From: a virus
Virus record (IMG/VR): IMGVR_UViG_3300019888_000002
Span: 67,158 to 131,157 of that record
Length of the DNA stretch: 64,000 nucleotides
Strand: one strand, 5' to 3'
Positions 25,186 to 35,867 of the stretch are shown here, piece by piece (within the stretch, counting starts at the first letter, position 1; each line of letters opens with the position of its first letter). The notes beneath the pieces are model-generated. The model had not been told where the DNA came from. It was given only the letters and a program-made list of their open reading frames with translations, and searched no databases. A program made the translations under genes and the position numbers.

Positions 25186-26259
25186 TCAGACCGTATTACG
25201 ATCCGGGATCACCCGTTCACATGTCTGGCAACGATGCACGATGGCAGCAGTGTGATCGATCATGTGTCCGCCGAAACGCTGAAGCTTGTTGGCCTGAACG
25301 AAGCTCGCCCGGTTGGCCAGACTGGTGAAGAGATTCAGTGCGTCGTACACCGTCCACTCCGTCTGTCCGTAGGCTGCGGCCCAGTCCAGTGCCCGGTCGA
25401 TCACCGTACGGCTGATGCCGTGATCCTGTCCCACCTGACGCAGGAAGGCGAGATAGTTCCCCGGGACCGCCGTCTCCGCCGTCTTACGGAAATTGTCGAG
25501 ATGCTCGTCCAGGCCGGAGAGCAGCACCCCCGCCGCATTCTCCATCTCCTCGAGAATGTCATCGATCGTCTGACCCTTGAGCTGGATCACCTGATCGGTC
25601 GACGGAAGCACCATGCCGTTGGTACATACCAGACGGTTGAGGAACGTGGACACGACCGGCTTGTGCTCCTTGAGGTTGGTCGGCACGTAGAGCCGGATAC
25701 CTCCGGAGGTGATGTCCCCGACCTCGCCGACGGCCGGACGGTCCAGCACCCCGTTGCCGGGGACGTCCACCTGCCAGCGCTCGGAGGTGATGTCCATCTG
25801 AAAGGTGCGGTCGTCGGTATGGAAGGTGTGGATGGTGTCGTCGGCCTCGAAGACACGCGGGATGATCTCGGCCACCCGGGAGGTGGGCAAAACGACCTTG
25901 TCCGGGGTGTAGACGGCATTGATGTCTCGGCCGTCGATGACCGAGAACACGGCCGAGGACTCGGCGTTGGCCTGAAGCCAGAAGTTGAGATTGATCGCCT
26001 TGAGCTGACCCGGGCAGTTCTCGATGTACTTGAACGGGACCCCGAGGAACTTGCTCAGCTCCTTCTCACTCAGCTCGTCCAGAGAGAACCGGGTGACCTT
26101 GGGGTCCTGCTCTTCGGCGAAATGATCCTCGGTCACGTTGATGAAATGCCCGGTCTCGTCCACTTCCACGTTCTCGAGACGCACCTGGACGGGGGAGGGC
26201 TCGTGCTTGGGCAGCAGCGACTCGAGTTCAGACACCTTGGTGTTGTAGACACTGGTCAT
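25186..26259 (-). CDS. DUF932-like protein
   Basis: STFLNRLVCTNGMV signature; WTVYDALNLFT near the C-terminus. Confidence 0.7.
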   Translation of the reverse strand: MTSVYNTKVSELESLLPKHEPSPVQVRLENVEVDETGHFINVTEDHFAEEQDPKVTRFSLDELSEKELSKFLGVPFKYIENCPGQLKAINLNFWLQANAESSAVFSVIDGRDINAVYTPDKVVLPTSRVAEIIPRVFEADDTIHTFHTDDRTFQMDITSERWQVDVPGNGVLDRPAVGEVGDITSGGIRLYVPTNLKEHKPVVSTFLNRLVCTNGMVLPSTDQVIQLKGQTIDDILEEMENAAGVLLSGLDEHLDNFRKTAETAVPGNYLAFLRQVGQDHGISRTVIDRALDWAAAYGQTEWTVYDALNLFTSLANRASFVQANKLQRFGGHMIDHTAAIVHRCQTCERVIPDRNTV

Positions 26260-26359
26260 GTGAGTATGGGCTCCTTGCTGAATGGTGAATGAACGACGTT
26301 GCAGAACGACATGGGCCTGCCGGGGGAGATGATCGTCGGAAGTGGTTCACGGACCACCC

Positions 26360-26593
26360 TCAAATCACATCCTCCTTGCGGCCGGATGCCTCCAGCCATG
26401 TCTCGATGACGGACTTACGCCAGACAGGTCGACGGCCGATCATCTCGGGCGCAGGATCAGGAAGCAGATTGCGCTTCTTCCATTGGTACACCGTGCCGAC
26501 CTTGACGCCAGCGAGTTTGGCCACGTTGTGATAGGTCAGCAACGGGTCGGGTTGGTCGACTGGTCGTGGTTTGGAAGTGGTCTTGGCGGACAC
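26360..26593 (-). CDS. AlpA/excisionase/MerR-like HTH DNA-binding protein
   Basis: LLTYHNVAKLAGVKVGTVYQWKKRNLLPDP...GRRPVWRKSVIETW. Confidence 0.8.
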   Translation of the reverse strand: MSAKTTSKPRPVDQPDPLLTYHNVAKLAGVKVGTVYQWKKRNLLPDPAPEMIGRRPVWRKSVIETWLEASGRKEDVI

Positions 26594-26756
26594 GTTTCTC
26601 GTCTCTTTCCTGAGGATCGTTCGTTCCAGAGGACAGGGCTCCTTGTGGGGGAAGGATTGTTCTGGTGGGACTACAGATTGATGGGTGGGGTGTGCATTCC
26701 ACTGCGGACGTCTCACGGCCCGGGAGGTGGGGGTTCAGTTGTGACTCATGTCCGTA

Positions 26757-26786
26757 ACAGTACCAGAACTGTACGGTTTGTGTCCA
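26757..26786 (-). promoter_or_regulatory. SigA-like promoter with tandem GTAC heptads
   Basis: TGGACA-N18-TACTGT with TGG; GTAC at 26760 and 26771. Confidence 0.6.
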
Positions 26787-26835
26787 GCTTGTGAGCTACT
26801 CAGGCTCAAGAAATCTCACACTGTCATGAAGAAAA

Positions 26836-27927
26836 TCAGGATGCGATCATTTCGAGATAGGTGGTCGCCGTTCCCGCCGTCATCGTCTTCGACAGACCCG
26901 AAGTCTGCTTGGCCTGGAAGCTGACCAGGTCTCCCCAGGCCACGGTGAACGGCGAAGTGGTGACCGTTTGCGTCGTCCCTGTCGTGGCGGCGCTCGTTGC
27001 CTGGGCAACACCGTTCTTCAGGATCTGTATTTGAAGGTTGGTCGCCGATGCCGATGTCGTGACCTTGGCATTGCATGTCACCGTTCCGGCCCCGGTGCAG
27101 AACAAGGCACCGTTACCCTCGAACGAGGTGTCGTCATAACCGGCCTTCTGGAAAACACCGTTCGCGGCAGTGGACAGAACGGCAGCGTTCCCGATGGTGA
27201 CGAAGGACCCGGTAGCCAGAGAGGTGTTCGTGCTGAGATATATGGCCTGCGAGGTAACGAGGTCGGTAGCGGCAACATCCCTCGCCCAGAAATCGTCCCA
27301 ACCAGGACCATAACTCACGGCACCCGCCGGGACCGTGCGCAGCACCGTGACATCGGCCCCCACATACAGATGGCTGGAATCTCGCGGAATGACGTTGCTG
27401 GCATCAGTGAACGAAAGTATCAGCACGCCGTTCTGATACGCCTTGAGCAATTGCCCGACAGCTCGGACCTTCATCCTGCTACCCGCCGGAACAGCAGTAG
27501 TCGACGTTGACGTAGCGAGACTGGTTTGACCACTAGCGCTGTCCTGTTTGACGAATGCTCTGGCAAATGCACCCCTAAAGCAGGTAAGTGCACCGAAAAC
27601 CCCGTCTCCGATAGGCATTCGGAAGATAAGGTAAGTCGAGTAGTTGGACTGCGTAATACCCGACACCATGTCAACCAAGGTTCCCCTGACCTCGACATCA
27701 CTGGTGAGTAACTGCTCATCCCTGTGCATCGAGCAGTTGGTGCCGCTGGCACCGACTGGTGGGTTGGACGACCCGGCCAACCTGTTGCTCCATATCCGTA
27801 AGGCAGCCGAAGTGTGGGTGCTCTCCATGTTTATCGGGCCGACCCAACCGGTTATCGGCTCCTCGTCAGCACGACCGAACGCGTCGACAATCACAGGGCG
27901 ACGCTGTCGCATCATCATCCGACTCAT
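26836..27927 (-). CDS. Minor tail / receptor-binding protein (beta-sandwich domains)
   Basis: Downstream of the fibre gene; D.F.RAD N-terminus, lectin-like middle, Thr/Ala-rich beta C-terminus. Confidence 0.65.
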   Translation of the reverse strand: MSRMMMRQRRPVIVDAFGRADEEPITGWVGPINMESTHTSAALRIWSNRLAGSSNPPVGASGTNCSMHRDEQLLTSDVEVRGTLVDMVSGITQSNYSTYLIFRMPIGDGVFGALTCFRGAFARAFVKQDSASGQTSLATSTSTTAVPAGSRMKVRAVGQLLKAYQNGVLILSFTDASNVIPRDSSHLYVGADVTVLRTVPAGAVSYGPGWDDFWARDVAATDLVTSQAIYLSTNTSLATGSFVTIGNAAVLSTAANGVFQKAGYDDTSFEGNGALFCTGAGTVTCNAKVTTSASATNLQIQILKNGVAQATSAATTGTTQTVTTSPFTVAWGDLVSFQAKQTSGLSKTMTAGTATTYLEMIAS

Positions 27928-28139
27928 ACGAGATCACTCTGTCCCAATACGGCAGCCTTGGTCTTGGTAGGGGTGACGTCGGCGGCATACCAGGTCACCG
28001 TGGCCCCCGACCACGAGCGCCCGAAGGCGGCAAACGTCACCGGACCGGTATGCGGTCCCGCATGAGCAGAAGTCCCGGCGTTGGTGCATGTCACGACCAC
28101 GGCGGTGCCGGGGAACGTCTTGGTTACTCCACACGCCAT
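27924..28139 (-). CDS. Small fibre-associated protein
   Basis: [27 protein letters not shown] and ATGA overlaps. Confidence 0.55.
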   Translation of the reverse strand: MACGVTKTFPGTAVVVTCTNAGTSAHAGPHTGPVTFAAFGRSWSGATVTWYAADVTPTKTKAAVLGQSDLV

Positions 28140-31100
28140 TATGCGTACCTGCCTCTCAGCTGGACATGAACAGGATCGGGAACCACGGCAGTGCCCTTGG
28201 TGAAGTACGCCCGGATCACCGCATTGGCCGCGCACGCCTGTGGCGTACCCAGGGTCGTGATGATGTTGTTCGAACCCACAGTGAGCGTGATGGTCGAGAG
28301 CAAGGTGCCCTGTGTGGTTGCGGTGCCGGAGTAGATGGCGATGGTCAGGTTTCCGGTGCCCACCGTCCCGGCCAGGTTGCCGATGCGCACCCAGATCGCA
28401 TCCAGGATGACGCCCGCAGCGGCGATTCCCGGCTCCACCGCGATACCACCGGGCATGTCGTTGTAGCCGTCCACGATGGAGACGGAGTTGCACACCATTT
28501 CCGGGCACCACGGAATGGTGGCATTGTCCACCTTGGCATTGAGCGCCGTCTGCTGTGCGGTACTGACCGGCTTGCCTGCATCGGAGGTGTTGTCGACACT
28601 TCCCAGACCCACATCACCCTTGACGATTCCGGTCGGTGTGACAAGAGCGGGAGATGTGGCGAAAACCGCTGCGCCGGAACCCGTTTCGTCCGACAGGACG
28701 CCTTTCAGTTGTGCCGAAGTCGTCGCGGCGAACTGTGACAACGGGTTGGCGACCAGGGCATCTCCGCCACCGGCAGGCAACGTCTGCCAGGTCTTGTCGC
28801 CACGCCAGTACTGCCCGGTGGTACCCGCCGCGATAGTCGGTTCCTTGGTCGCATCGGCCACGGTGACGTTCGCCGTGCCGTCGAAAGCAACCCCGTTGAT
28901 GTTTCGAGCGGTAGCAAGTTTGGTGGCCGAGGCAGCATTGCCCGACGTGCTCTGATTCAGCGTCGGGAACGTGTTCGTACCGCTGGTGAGGTCCTTGTTC
29001 GTCAGGGCTACGGCTGCCGCGTTCTTGGTGGTGTCGCTCGTGTTATCGACATTGCCGAGGCCCACGTCACCCTTGACGATTCCGGTCGGGGTGTTGACGA
29101 CAGGGCTGGTCAGGGTCTTGTTGGTGAGCGTGGCCACGGCCGCGTTCTTGACGGCATCGGAGGTGTTGTCCACATTGGCCAGACCGACGGCTGTCTTGTC
29201 CAAGGTCTGCCAGGTCTTGTCACCCCGGTAGTACTGGGCACTGGTTCCCGCCGCAAGCGTGGGTTCCTTGGTGGCGATGCTGGTGGCCTGCGCGGTGCTG
29301 ACCGGCTTGTTCGCGTCGGACGTGTTGTCCACATTGGCGAGACCGACATCGGTCTTACCGAGAACGACGGCCCCCACCTGAGAGTTGACCGAGGTGACCA
29401 CATCGGTCGAAGAGGACAGGGCACGCCAGTTACCGAGCACCGAAGGATCGGCTGCCATCAGCATGAACGTGCCTGCGCCGTCGGAACGCACAGCCAGATC
29501 GCCCGGCTGGACCTGACCCGTGGTCAACGCCAACATGGCAGCCTGGGACGCCACAGCTACCGAAGTGATCAACGAGAGGGGCGGCATCTGACTCGTCGGG
29601 ATGATGCCGCCCACGAGATCGGCCTTGGCTGCCAATGCAGTGGTGGTGGCAGTCGAGACGGGCTTGTTCGCATCGGAGGTGTTGTCGGCGTTGCCGAGAC
29701 CGACGGCTGTCTTGTCGAGCGTGGCCCAGGTCTTGTCACCCTTGTAGTACTGCGCAGTCGTTCCGGCCGCAACAGCAGGTTCCTTGGTCGCGTCGGCGAT
29801 CGTGATGGCTGCGGTGCCGTCGAAGTTCACCCCGTTGATGGCCCGCGCCGTCGCCAACTTGGTGGCGGAAGCCGCGTTGCCCGTCGTGCTCTGGTTCAGG
29901 GTCGGGAAGGTGTTCGTGCCGGAGGTCAGGTCCTTGTTCGTCAGCGCGACAGCGGCAGCGTTCTTCGTGACATCCGAGGTGTTGTCGGCCGAACCGAGAC
30001 CGATCGAAGCCTTGTCGTGGGTAGCCCAGGTTTTGTCTCCCCGGTAATACTGACCTGCGGTTCCGGCCGCAAGGGTCGGTTCCTTGGTGGCGATGCTCGC
30101 AGCCTGCGCGGTAGAGACGGGCTTGTTCGCATCGGAAGTATTGTCCACATTCGAAAGACCGACAGCCGTCTTGTCCAGAGTGGCCCAGCTCTTGTCACCC
30201 TTCCAATACTGCGCGGTGGTCCCGGCCGTGATGGACGCTTCTTTACCGTTGAGCGCGGTCTGGGTTGCCGTGCTGACCGGCTTGTTGACATCGGAGGTGT
30301 TGTCCGCGTTCCCGAGGCCGACATCGGCCTTGCCGAGCACGACAGCACCGACCATGGCATTAACGCTCGTGACGACGTCGGTCGAGCTGGAGAGCGCCCG
30401 CCAGTTTCCCAGCACCGAGGGGTCGGCTGCCATCAACATGAACGTGCCCGCGCCGTCGCTGCGCACGGCCAAGTCGCCTGGCTGCACCTGTCCCGTCGTC
30501 AGCGCCAGCATCGCCGCCTGACTGGCGACCGGCACCGACGTGATGAGCGAGAGCGGCGGCATCTGACTCGTGGGGATGATTCCCCCCACCAGGTCCGCCT
30601 TCGCCGCGAGCGCGGTCGTGACAGCACTCGAGACCGGCTTGTTTGCGTCACTGGTGTTGTCCACATTGCCGAGGCCGACGTCGGCCTTGACCAGAGTGAC
30701 CACACCCTGTTTGCCCGCCACCGAGGTGACCAGATTGGTGGCGGGGTCACCCGCTGGTCCCTGGATACCCTGAGGACCGGTGGCCCCGGTGTTCCCGGCC
30801 GGACCCTGTGCACCGGTCGAGCCGGTAGTGCCCTGAATACCCTGGGCTCCGGTGGCCCCCGTGGTGCCGGTGGCACCGGCCGGACCGGTCGGACCGTCGG
30901 CCCCCGTCGGCCCGGTGTCCCCGATCGGGCCTTGTGCTCCGGTGGCCCCGGTCGGACCGGTGTTCCCGATCGGACCTTGTGCCCCGGTGGTGCCGGTGTC
31001 ACCCTTGACACCCTGAATGCCCTGCGAGCCTGCGGGACCGGTGGCCCCCGTGGTACCAGTGAGACCGGTGTCTCCGGTGAGACCGATCGGACCTTGCACG

Positions 31101-32545
31101 CCGTCGGGACCGACAGGCCCGACATCACCCGTGTCCCCTTTGACACCCTGAGGACCTGCTACACCTTGTGCCCCTGTAGGACCGGCCGCACCTGTCGGGC
31201 CGGTAGCTCCAATGGAACCGGTGGTGCCGGTCGGTCCGATGGTGCCTTGCGGACCTGCGGGGCCGACATCACCCTGGGCTCCGGTGACACCGATGGGACC
31301 GGTCGGACCGTCGGCTCCGACGTCACCTCTGGCTCCCGCCGTACCTTGCGGACCGGTGAGGCCGATCGAGCCCTGGTCACCTGGGTCACCCTTGTCACCC
31401 TTGTCTCCCTTGAACGGGACACCAGCGGACTCGATGGGGAAAGAGGTACCGGACCAGACATAGAGCAGACCACTGGTGTTGACCAGATAACCCTTGCCGG
31501 AGTCGGTCGAAGTAAGAGTAGTGGGGAGGTCGGCATAGGTGTCCACGCTTCCGGCGAGGTTGATGCCGGAACCCTGGGCTCCGGTGTCTCCCTTGACACC
31601 CTGAATGCCCTGCGGCCCGATGGGACCGACATCACCCTGGGAACCGGTAGGGCCACTCGGGCCGATGGGACCGAGGTCGCCCTGTGGGCCTGGTGATCCC
31701 GTGGCTCCGGTCAGGCCGATGGTGCCTTGAGGGCCTGTAGCGCCGATGGGACCGGTGGTGCCCTGCGGACCTGCGGCCCCGGTGTTGCCGGTGGTACCGA
31801 TGGGACCCTGAGCACCGGTTGTGCCCTGTGGGCCTGACGACCCGGTGGCTCCGGTGGGGCCGACAGCGCCCTGGACTCCGGTGAGACCCTGAATGCCCTG
31901 ATTGCCGGTGTCGCCCTTGTCGCCCTTGACCCCGGTAGCACCGATAGGACCTTGCGGACCGGTGTTCCCCGTGGGTCCCTGAAGACCAGTGTCGCCCTTG
32001 GGTCCCTGGCTTCCGGTGGGGCCGGTGGTCCCGGTCGGACCGGTGGTGCCCTGGATACCCTGGGAGCCGGGGAGACCGGTGTCACCCTTGATGCCTTGCG
32101 GACCTGCGAAACCGATCGGCCCCATAGATCCTTGCGGACCGAACGGACCTACAGCCCCCTGATCTCCGGTGTCCCCCTTGGTGCCCTGAATACCCTGGGG
32201 TCCGAGCGGACCGATGACACCCTGCGGTCCCGGTACCCCCTGAGGACCGAGTGGGCCGATCAGCCCCTGAAGTCCTTGTGGCCCCTGACTACCGACGTCA
32301 CCCTGCGGCCCCTGTGCTCCGGTGTCTCCTCGAGGACCGGTGAGCCCGAGTGGTCCGACAGGACCAACATCACCCTTGACACCCTTCGGGCCTTGCGGAC
32401 CGATGTATGCCTCCCCGTTGGGGAGGTACCCGAGCCGCTCCGGGTCGATCGGCACAGGGGGGTGTGTCGGTGACGGAGTCGGCGATTCGGGAGATGTGTC
32501 CCCGGGTGGGGTGGGACCCTCGCCCGTGAATTCGTTCCATCCCAC
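28139..32545 (-). CDS. Long collagen-like tail fibre protein (1468 aa)
   Basis: About 500 aa of Gly-X-Y repeats with one interrupting globular domain, then repeated VGL(G/A)NVDNTSD(A)NKP(V)S shaft units, duplicated knob modules and a C-terminal beta tip. Confidence 0.9.
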   Translation of the reverse strand: MGWNEFTGEGPTPPGDTSPESPTPSPTHPPVPIDPERLGYLPNGEAYIGPQGPKGVKGDVGPVGPLGLTGPRGDTGAQGPQGDVGSQGPQGLQGLIGPLGPQGVPGPQGVIGPLGPQGIQGTKGDTGDQGAVGPFGPQGSMGPIGFAGPQGIKGDTGLPGSQGIQGTTGPTGTTGPTGSQGPKGDTGLQGPTGNTGPQGPIGATGVKGDKGDTGNQGIQGLTGVQGAVGPTGATGSSGPQGTTGAQGPIGTTGNTGAAGPQGTTGPIGATGPQGTIGLTGATGSPGPQGDLGPIGPSGPTGSQGDVGPIGPQGIQGVKGDTGAQGSGINLAGSVDTYADLPTTLTSTDSGKGYLVNTSGLLYVWSGTSFPIESAGVPFKGDKGDKGDPGDQGSIGLTGPQGTAGARGDVGADGPTGPIGVTGAQGDVGPAGPQGTIGPTGTTGSIGATGPTGAAGPTGAQGVAGPQGVKGDTGDVGPVGPDGVQGPIGLTGDTGLTGTTGATGPAGSQGIQGVKGDTGTTGAQGPIGNTGPTGATGAQGPIGDTGPTGADGPTGPAGATGTTGATGAQGIQGTTGSTGAQGPAGNTGATGPQGIQGPAGDPATNLVTSVAGKQGVVTLVKADVGLGNVDNTSDANKPVSSAVTTALAAKADLVGGIIPTSQMPPLSLITSVPVASQAAMLALTTGQVQPGDLAVRSDGAGTFMLMAADPSVLGNWRALSSSTDVVTSVNAMVGAVVLGKADVGLGNADNTSDVNKPVSTATQTALNGKEASITAGTTAQYWKGDKSWATLDKTAVGLSNVDNTSDANKPVSTAQAASIATKEPTLAAGTAGQYYRGDKTWATHDKASIGLGSADNTSDVTKNAAAVALTNKDLTSGTNTFPTLNQSTTGNAASATKLATARAINGVNFDGTAAITIADATKEPAVAAGTTAQYYKGDKTWATLDKTAVGLGNADNTSDANKPVSTATTTALAAKADLVGGIIPTSQMPPLSLITSVAVASQAAMLALTTGQVQPGDLAVRSDGAGTFMLMAADPSVLGNWRALSSSTDVVTSVNSQVGAVVLGKTDVGLANVDNTSDANKPVSTAQATSIATKEPTLAAGTSAQYYRGDKTWQTLDKTAVGLANVDNTSDAVKNAAVATLTNKTLTSPVVNTPTGIVKGDVGLGNVDNTSDTTKNAAAVALTNKDLTSGTNTFPTLNQSTSGNAASATKLATARNINGVAFDGTANVTVADATKEPTIAAGTTGQYWRGDKTWQTLPAGGGDALVANPLSQFAATTSAQLKGVLSDETGSGAAVFATSPALVTPTGIVKGDVGLGSVDNTSDAGKPVSTAQQTALNAKVDNATIPWCPEMVCNSVSIVDGYNDMPGGIAVEPGIAAAGVILDAIWVRIGNLAGTVGTGNLTIAIYSGTATTQGTLLSTITLTVGSNNIITTLGTPQACAANAVIRAYFTKGTAVVPDPVHVQLRGRYA
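30740..32400 (-). repeat. Gly-X-Y collagen triplet repeat region
   Basis: 9-bp periodicity (GPQ/GPT/GAT/GDT units), interrupted at about 31410-31570. Confidence 0.95.
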
Positions 32546-32614
32546 GAAGTTTCTCCCCTCGAAGAGCAGGCTGCTAACTCTTCTCTCGAGGTGACGGGCC
32601 TGTCACAGCAAAGG

Positions 32615-33670
32615 TCAGGCCCCAAGTCGCAGAACCGGCAGAACATCCCAGGTCGTGGAGATGAGCCCGGTCGCCTGAACAGACTTGCAGAACGGGATAC
32701 CGGAGAACACCAGGGTGGAGGAGAAAACCGAATGCGAGGGATTGGCGTTGAGGCTCTGCTGAAGTCGCAGACCCGAACCGAGATAGGTGCCGTTGGCGTC
32801 GTTGCCCAGGGGGTAGTTGGTGGCACTCATCGTCCAGGACCCGAACGGAGCATCCCGGGTACTCCACACGTGCCCGGTCACGTCGTTGTTCCCGGCCTTG
32901 GTGGCAGTGGTCAGCAAGAAAATGTTCTTCGAACGAGCCAGAGTCACGGTGGAATAGGAGGTGATCGGGGTGCCGTCCTTGGCTTGCAACGCAGCCAGAT
33001 CGAGCCCGTTACGGGACCAGCCTCCGATTCCGGCGAACATCCATCGGCTGGTGTCGAATGGGGCGACGACGGGGACCCCCATGATGTAGAGCGCGTTGTC
33101 ACTGGCTCGGGAACCCACCAGCATCAAATAGTCACCGTCGAAGAAAATACCCCGATTCCACTGCACCAGGGTGGTGCCGTCACCGAGCAGAACCGAGGGA
33201 ATCGGGAAGGCTCGCCGAAACTGCACAACCTTGTTGAGCGTCTCGTATGTGGTGATCAGGTTGTAGCCTCCACCGTTCCGCAGATAGAACACCCGGGAAC
33301 CGATGGACACTCCTCCGGACAAGGTGAGCGTGGTGGGATCGGTGACAACCGAGTTCATCTCTCCTGGGACGCCCCCTCGATCGACCACCGGAACGAGTGC
33401 CCCTCCGGCCGTGGGAACCACGGTGAAGAAGGTGGGCACGGTCTTGGTGGAGTGCGAGCTGTAGACAGCGGCCCCGAGCACGGCGTTGTTCCAGATCGTG
33501 CGGTAGGCAAGCAGGAACTTACCGTCAGGCATCCGGTGCACGTGCACCAGATCACCGCAGGCAAGCTTGAGCGGGTCGTAGAGGCTTCCGGTGATACCTC
33601 GGTCCTCGGCGAACGATGTGGTGGAGACCAGGGACAGGCCGGAGTCGTCGGCACCGAGCAGATTGACCAT
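32615..33670 (-). CDS. Probable virion / fibre-attachment protein (beta-propeller-like)
   Basis: Immediately upstream of the fibre gene; beta-rich sequence. Confidence 0.5.
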   Translation of the reverse strand: MVNLLGADDSGLSLVSTTSFAEDRGITGSLYDPLKLACGDLVHVHRMPDGKFLLAYRTIWNNAVLGAAVYSSHSTKTVPTFFTVVPTAGGALVPVVDRGGVPGEMNSVVTDPTTLTLSGGVSIGSRVFYLRNGGGYNLITTYETLNKVVQFRRAFPIPSVLLGDGTTLVQWNRGIFFDGDYLMLVGSRASDNALYIMGVPVVAPFDTSRWMFAGIGGWSRNGLDLAALQAKDGTPITSYSTVTLARSKNIFLLTTATKAGNNDVTGHVWSTRDAPFGSWTMSATNYPLGNDANGTYLGSGLRLQQSLNANPSHSVFSSTLVFSGIPFCKSVQATGLISTTWDVLPVLRLGA

Positions 33671-34345
33671 TCAGACGTCGTCCTCTCCGACGAAAACGGT
33701 CTCGACATCTTCCACATCCACATCGTCGTTCTGTTGGTGCCGGACCTCGGCCAGGATATCCGGCCACATGGTGGCGGGCACCACTTTCTTGACAGCCTCC
33801 ACGAGTTGATTGAACTGAAGCACCATCTGCTCCACGTCCTCGTTGCCCTTGGCTGCGGTGAGTGCGTTCTGAAGCTTGTCGGCCGCGCGCAACCCCACCT
33901 CGGGAGGAATCGGTTCGGCGCGTCGTTCCTGAAGATCCTGGAACGCCTTCTGCATGACCACTTCCATGAAGGCCAATGGTGTGAGCGCGGTGCCGGTGGC
34001 GGCGACGAAGTCGAGCCCGGTCTGCTGGGCTCGGCGCTCCACGATCTCTCGGTACAAAGCCTTGGCGGCCTCGTTGTGCGGGAAATGTGTCTTGGCGTGA
34101 TGCCGGATCGACCCATAGGTGACACGCTCGATCTCGGGCATCGACTCCTCGAGCGGAGCGATCATGCGCATGATGTGGGCATAACCGAGACCGTTGGCGA
34201 GCAGGTCGTTGACCACCCGCGAAATCGAGGGGGACTTACACACCCGACACCGGGGCTCGAGCCGGAACTCGTAGGTATTTCCGGCGAGCTTGAGCTGCTC
34301 CAGCTCCTCGGACACCCGAAGGTCCAAGGTATTGTCCACGGTCAC
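33671..34345 (-). CDS. Zn-binding HTH protein (possibly terminase-small-subunit-like)
   Basis: CRVC...LLANG.GY..I......TYGSIRHHAKTHF; helical C-terminus. Confidence 0.45.
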   Translation of the reverse strand: MTVDNTLDLRVSEELEQLKLAGNTYEFRLEPRCRVCKSPSISRVVNDLLANGLGYAHIMRMIAPLEESMPEIERVTYGSIRHHAKTHFPHNEAAKALYREIVERRAQQTGLDFVAATGTALTPLAFMEVVMQKAFQDLQERRAEPIPPEVGLRAADKLQNALTAAKGNEDVEQMVLQFNQLVEAVKKVVPATMWPDILAEVRHQQNDDVDVEDVETVFVGEDDV

Positions 34346-34348
34346 GGC

Positions 34349-34717
34349 CTACTCCTGGGTGATGGCGAGGGTCTTGGTCGGCCGTTTACCTGCAAACGGG
34401 TTCCATGCCCTGCGGAACAGTCCGCAGTAGAGGTTGGCATCGGGAACCCCGTTCTGGCTGTAGACCTCACGCTCTCGGCGGCGCTCCAACTGATCGGTGG
34501 TCAGAAAATCCTGCTTGTCGCTCACCTTGGTGAGCCCTGCTCGTGACTTCTTGAGCAACTCGTCGGCCTGAGATTCGAGATCCCAGTCGACACCACATTT
34601 GATTCGTGCACCTGTCCCCGAAATAGGCAACTCCAGGGAGACCGGCACCACGTCGACCTCGCTCCAACAAGTCATACCGGAACTGTACCGCTCGATCAAA
34701 ATTTTGTGCCGAAGCAT
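34349..34717 (-). CDS. Hypothetical protein
   Basis: ORF track; start uncertain. Confidence 0.45.
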   Translation of the reverse strand: MLRHKILIERYSSGMTCWSEVDVVPVSLELPISGTGARIKCGVDWDLESQADELLKKSRAGLTKVSDKQDFLTTDQLERRREREVYSQNGVPDANLYCGLFRRAWNPFAGKRPTKTLAITQE

Positions 34718-34735
34718 CCTTTGAAAACGATCCTG

Positions 34736-35113
34736 TCACCCCGTAGCGCACTCGTTCACCGGCCCCCTGTTGGACCCGGTAGCCCGGTCGTACGCTCTCA
34801 GCATCGACTTGAGCGCGGCGCTGGCGTACTGGCCGACCAAGGTGGTGTAGTGCGAGCTGAAGTGCATCTGCTTGTGTGCTTCGGCCTCGGTGTATCCCAT
34901 GAGGACGTGCAATTCGAAGGCTTGTCGTTGTCTGGGGGGAAGCTCCTCGAGCCCGACCAGCAGATCATAGAAATAGATCTGCTCCCCTTCGACGGTGATC
35001 TCCATGATCTGGTGATCCTCGACCAGGGCGGCCCAATGATAATAATGCAAGTAGACGTTTTGAAAGATCTGTAGACGTCGCTTCTCGGGATCGTCACTAA
35101 GCGTCTTCGGCAT
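34736..35113 (-). CDS. Sigma-70 region-4-like HTH protein
   Basis: LEELPPRQRQAFELHVLMGYTEAEAHKQM, a sigma r4-type helix pattern. Confidence 0.65.
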   Translation of the reverse strand: MPKTLSDDPEKRRLQIFQNVYLHYYHWAALVEDHQIMEITVEGEQIYFYDLLVGLEELPPRQRQAFELHVLMGYTEAEAHKQMHFSSHYTTLVGQYASAALKSMLRAYDRATGSNRGPVNECATG

Positions 35114-35116
35114 AAA

Positions 35117-35863
35117 TCAACTCCGCTGACTGCGGACGCCCCAGTCGCGTGTCTTCTCGAGAAGTCTCTGGAGACTGTTCAATTCACGCATAAAAACATC
35201 GCCTTGCGACCATAGGTAGAACCTGAAATACGCGGCATATTTATCTGTTCGGGCCTCACGATTGGCGCGGGCTTCCCGGTCGCCGATGGTGCCCTCTACC
35301 ACTGCACTGTAGGCGTCGGAATGCACATCGTCGTACAAGTGCTTGGCGAAGATGGCCTCCATGAGCAACCCGTTCAGCTTCGGAGCGATGTGAAGCTTCA
35401 GTTCCTGGAGCTGGAACAGCACGGTCTCGAAGTCCTGACCGGTGAGCTGGCTCCAGTCCTGAACGATCATCCCGTTGTCATCGACCTCCCAGATCACCCG
35501 CTTCTGCGAATCCCGCAGAAGTTGACCGTTGCGCTTCTTCGGGATGCGCGCCTTCTCGTACAGCGCGTCGATCAGGAAGAAAGCGTTGTCGTAGAGATCG
35601 ATGAACGCAGCGTCGGCCCCGGCCTTGATCTGCTCCATGATCACCGAGTCCTCGGGCCTCCACCCGAACCGCACCCGGTCCATGATCGAGCCCTTGGTTC
35701 TGAGCTTGGAGCCCCGGCCGGTGCTGTCCCGTTGCCCCCGGGACTCCATGTGCATGATGTCGACGTCTTCCTGGAGCTTGATCTCTCCAGAGGCAATGCC
35801 AGCAACATGTTCGGCCTGGAGCTTCTCGGCAGCCACTGCTGCGAGGTCACCGACGGATTCCAT
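35117..35863 (-). CDS. Helical hypothetical protein (UvsY-like mediator possible)
   Basis: Sits in the recombination cluster; DAY..VVEGTIGDREARA coiled C-terminus. Confidence 0.5.
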   Translation of the reverse strand: MESVGDLAAVAAEKLQAEHVAGIASGEIKLQEDVDIMHMESRGQRDSTGRGSKLRTKGSIMDRVRFGWRPEDSVIMEQIKAGADAAFIDLYDNAFFLIDALYEKARIPKKRNGQLLRDSQKRVIWEVDDNGMIVQDWSQLTGQDFETVLFQLQELKLHIAPKLNGLLMEAIFAKHLYDDVHSDAYSAVVEGTIGDREARANREARTDKYAAYFRFYLWSQGDVFMRELNSLQRLLEKTRDWGVRSQRS

Positions 35864-35867
35864 GGCT

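Noticed and set aside
26360-26593. Excisionase implying an integrated prophage or temperate lifestyle
   Set aside because: No integrase, att-like repeat or host genes in the window; the HTH fold alone is insufficient
26836-32545. Diversity-generating retroelement acting on the fibre repeats
   Set aside because: No reverse transcriptase; differences between duplicated modules are synonymous and not adenine-specific
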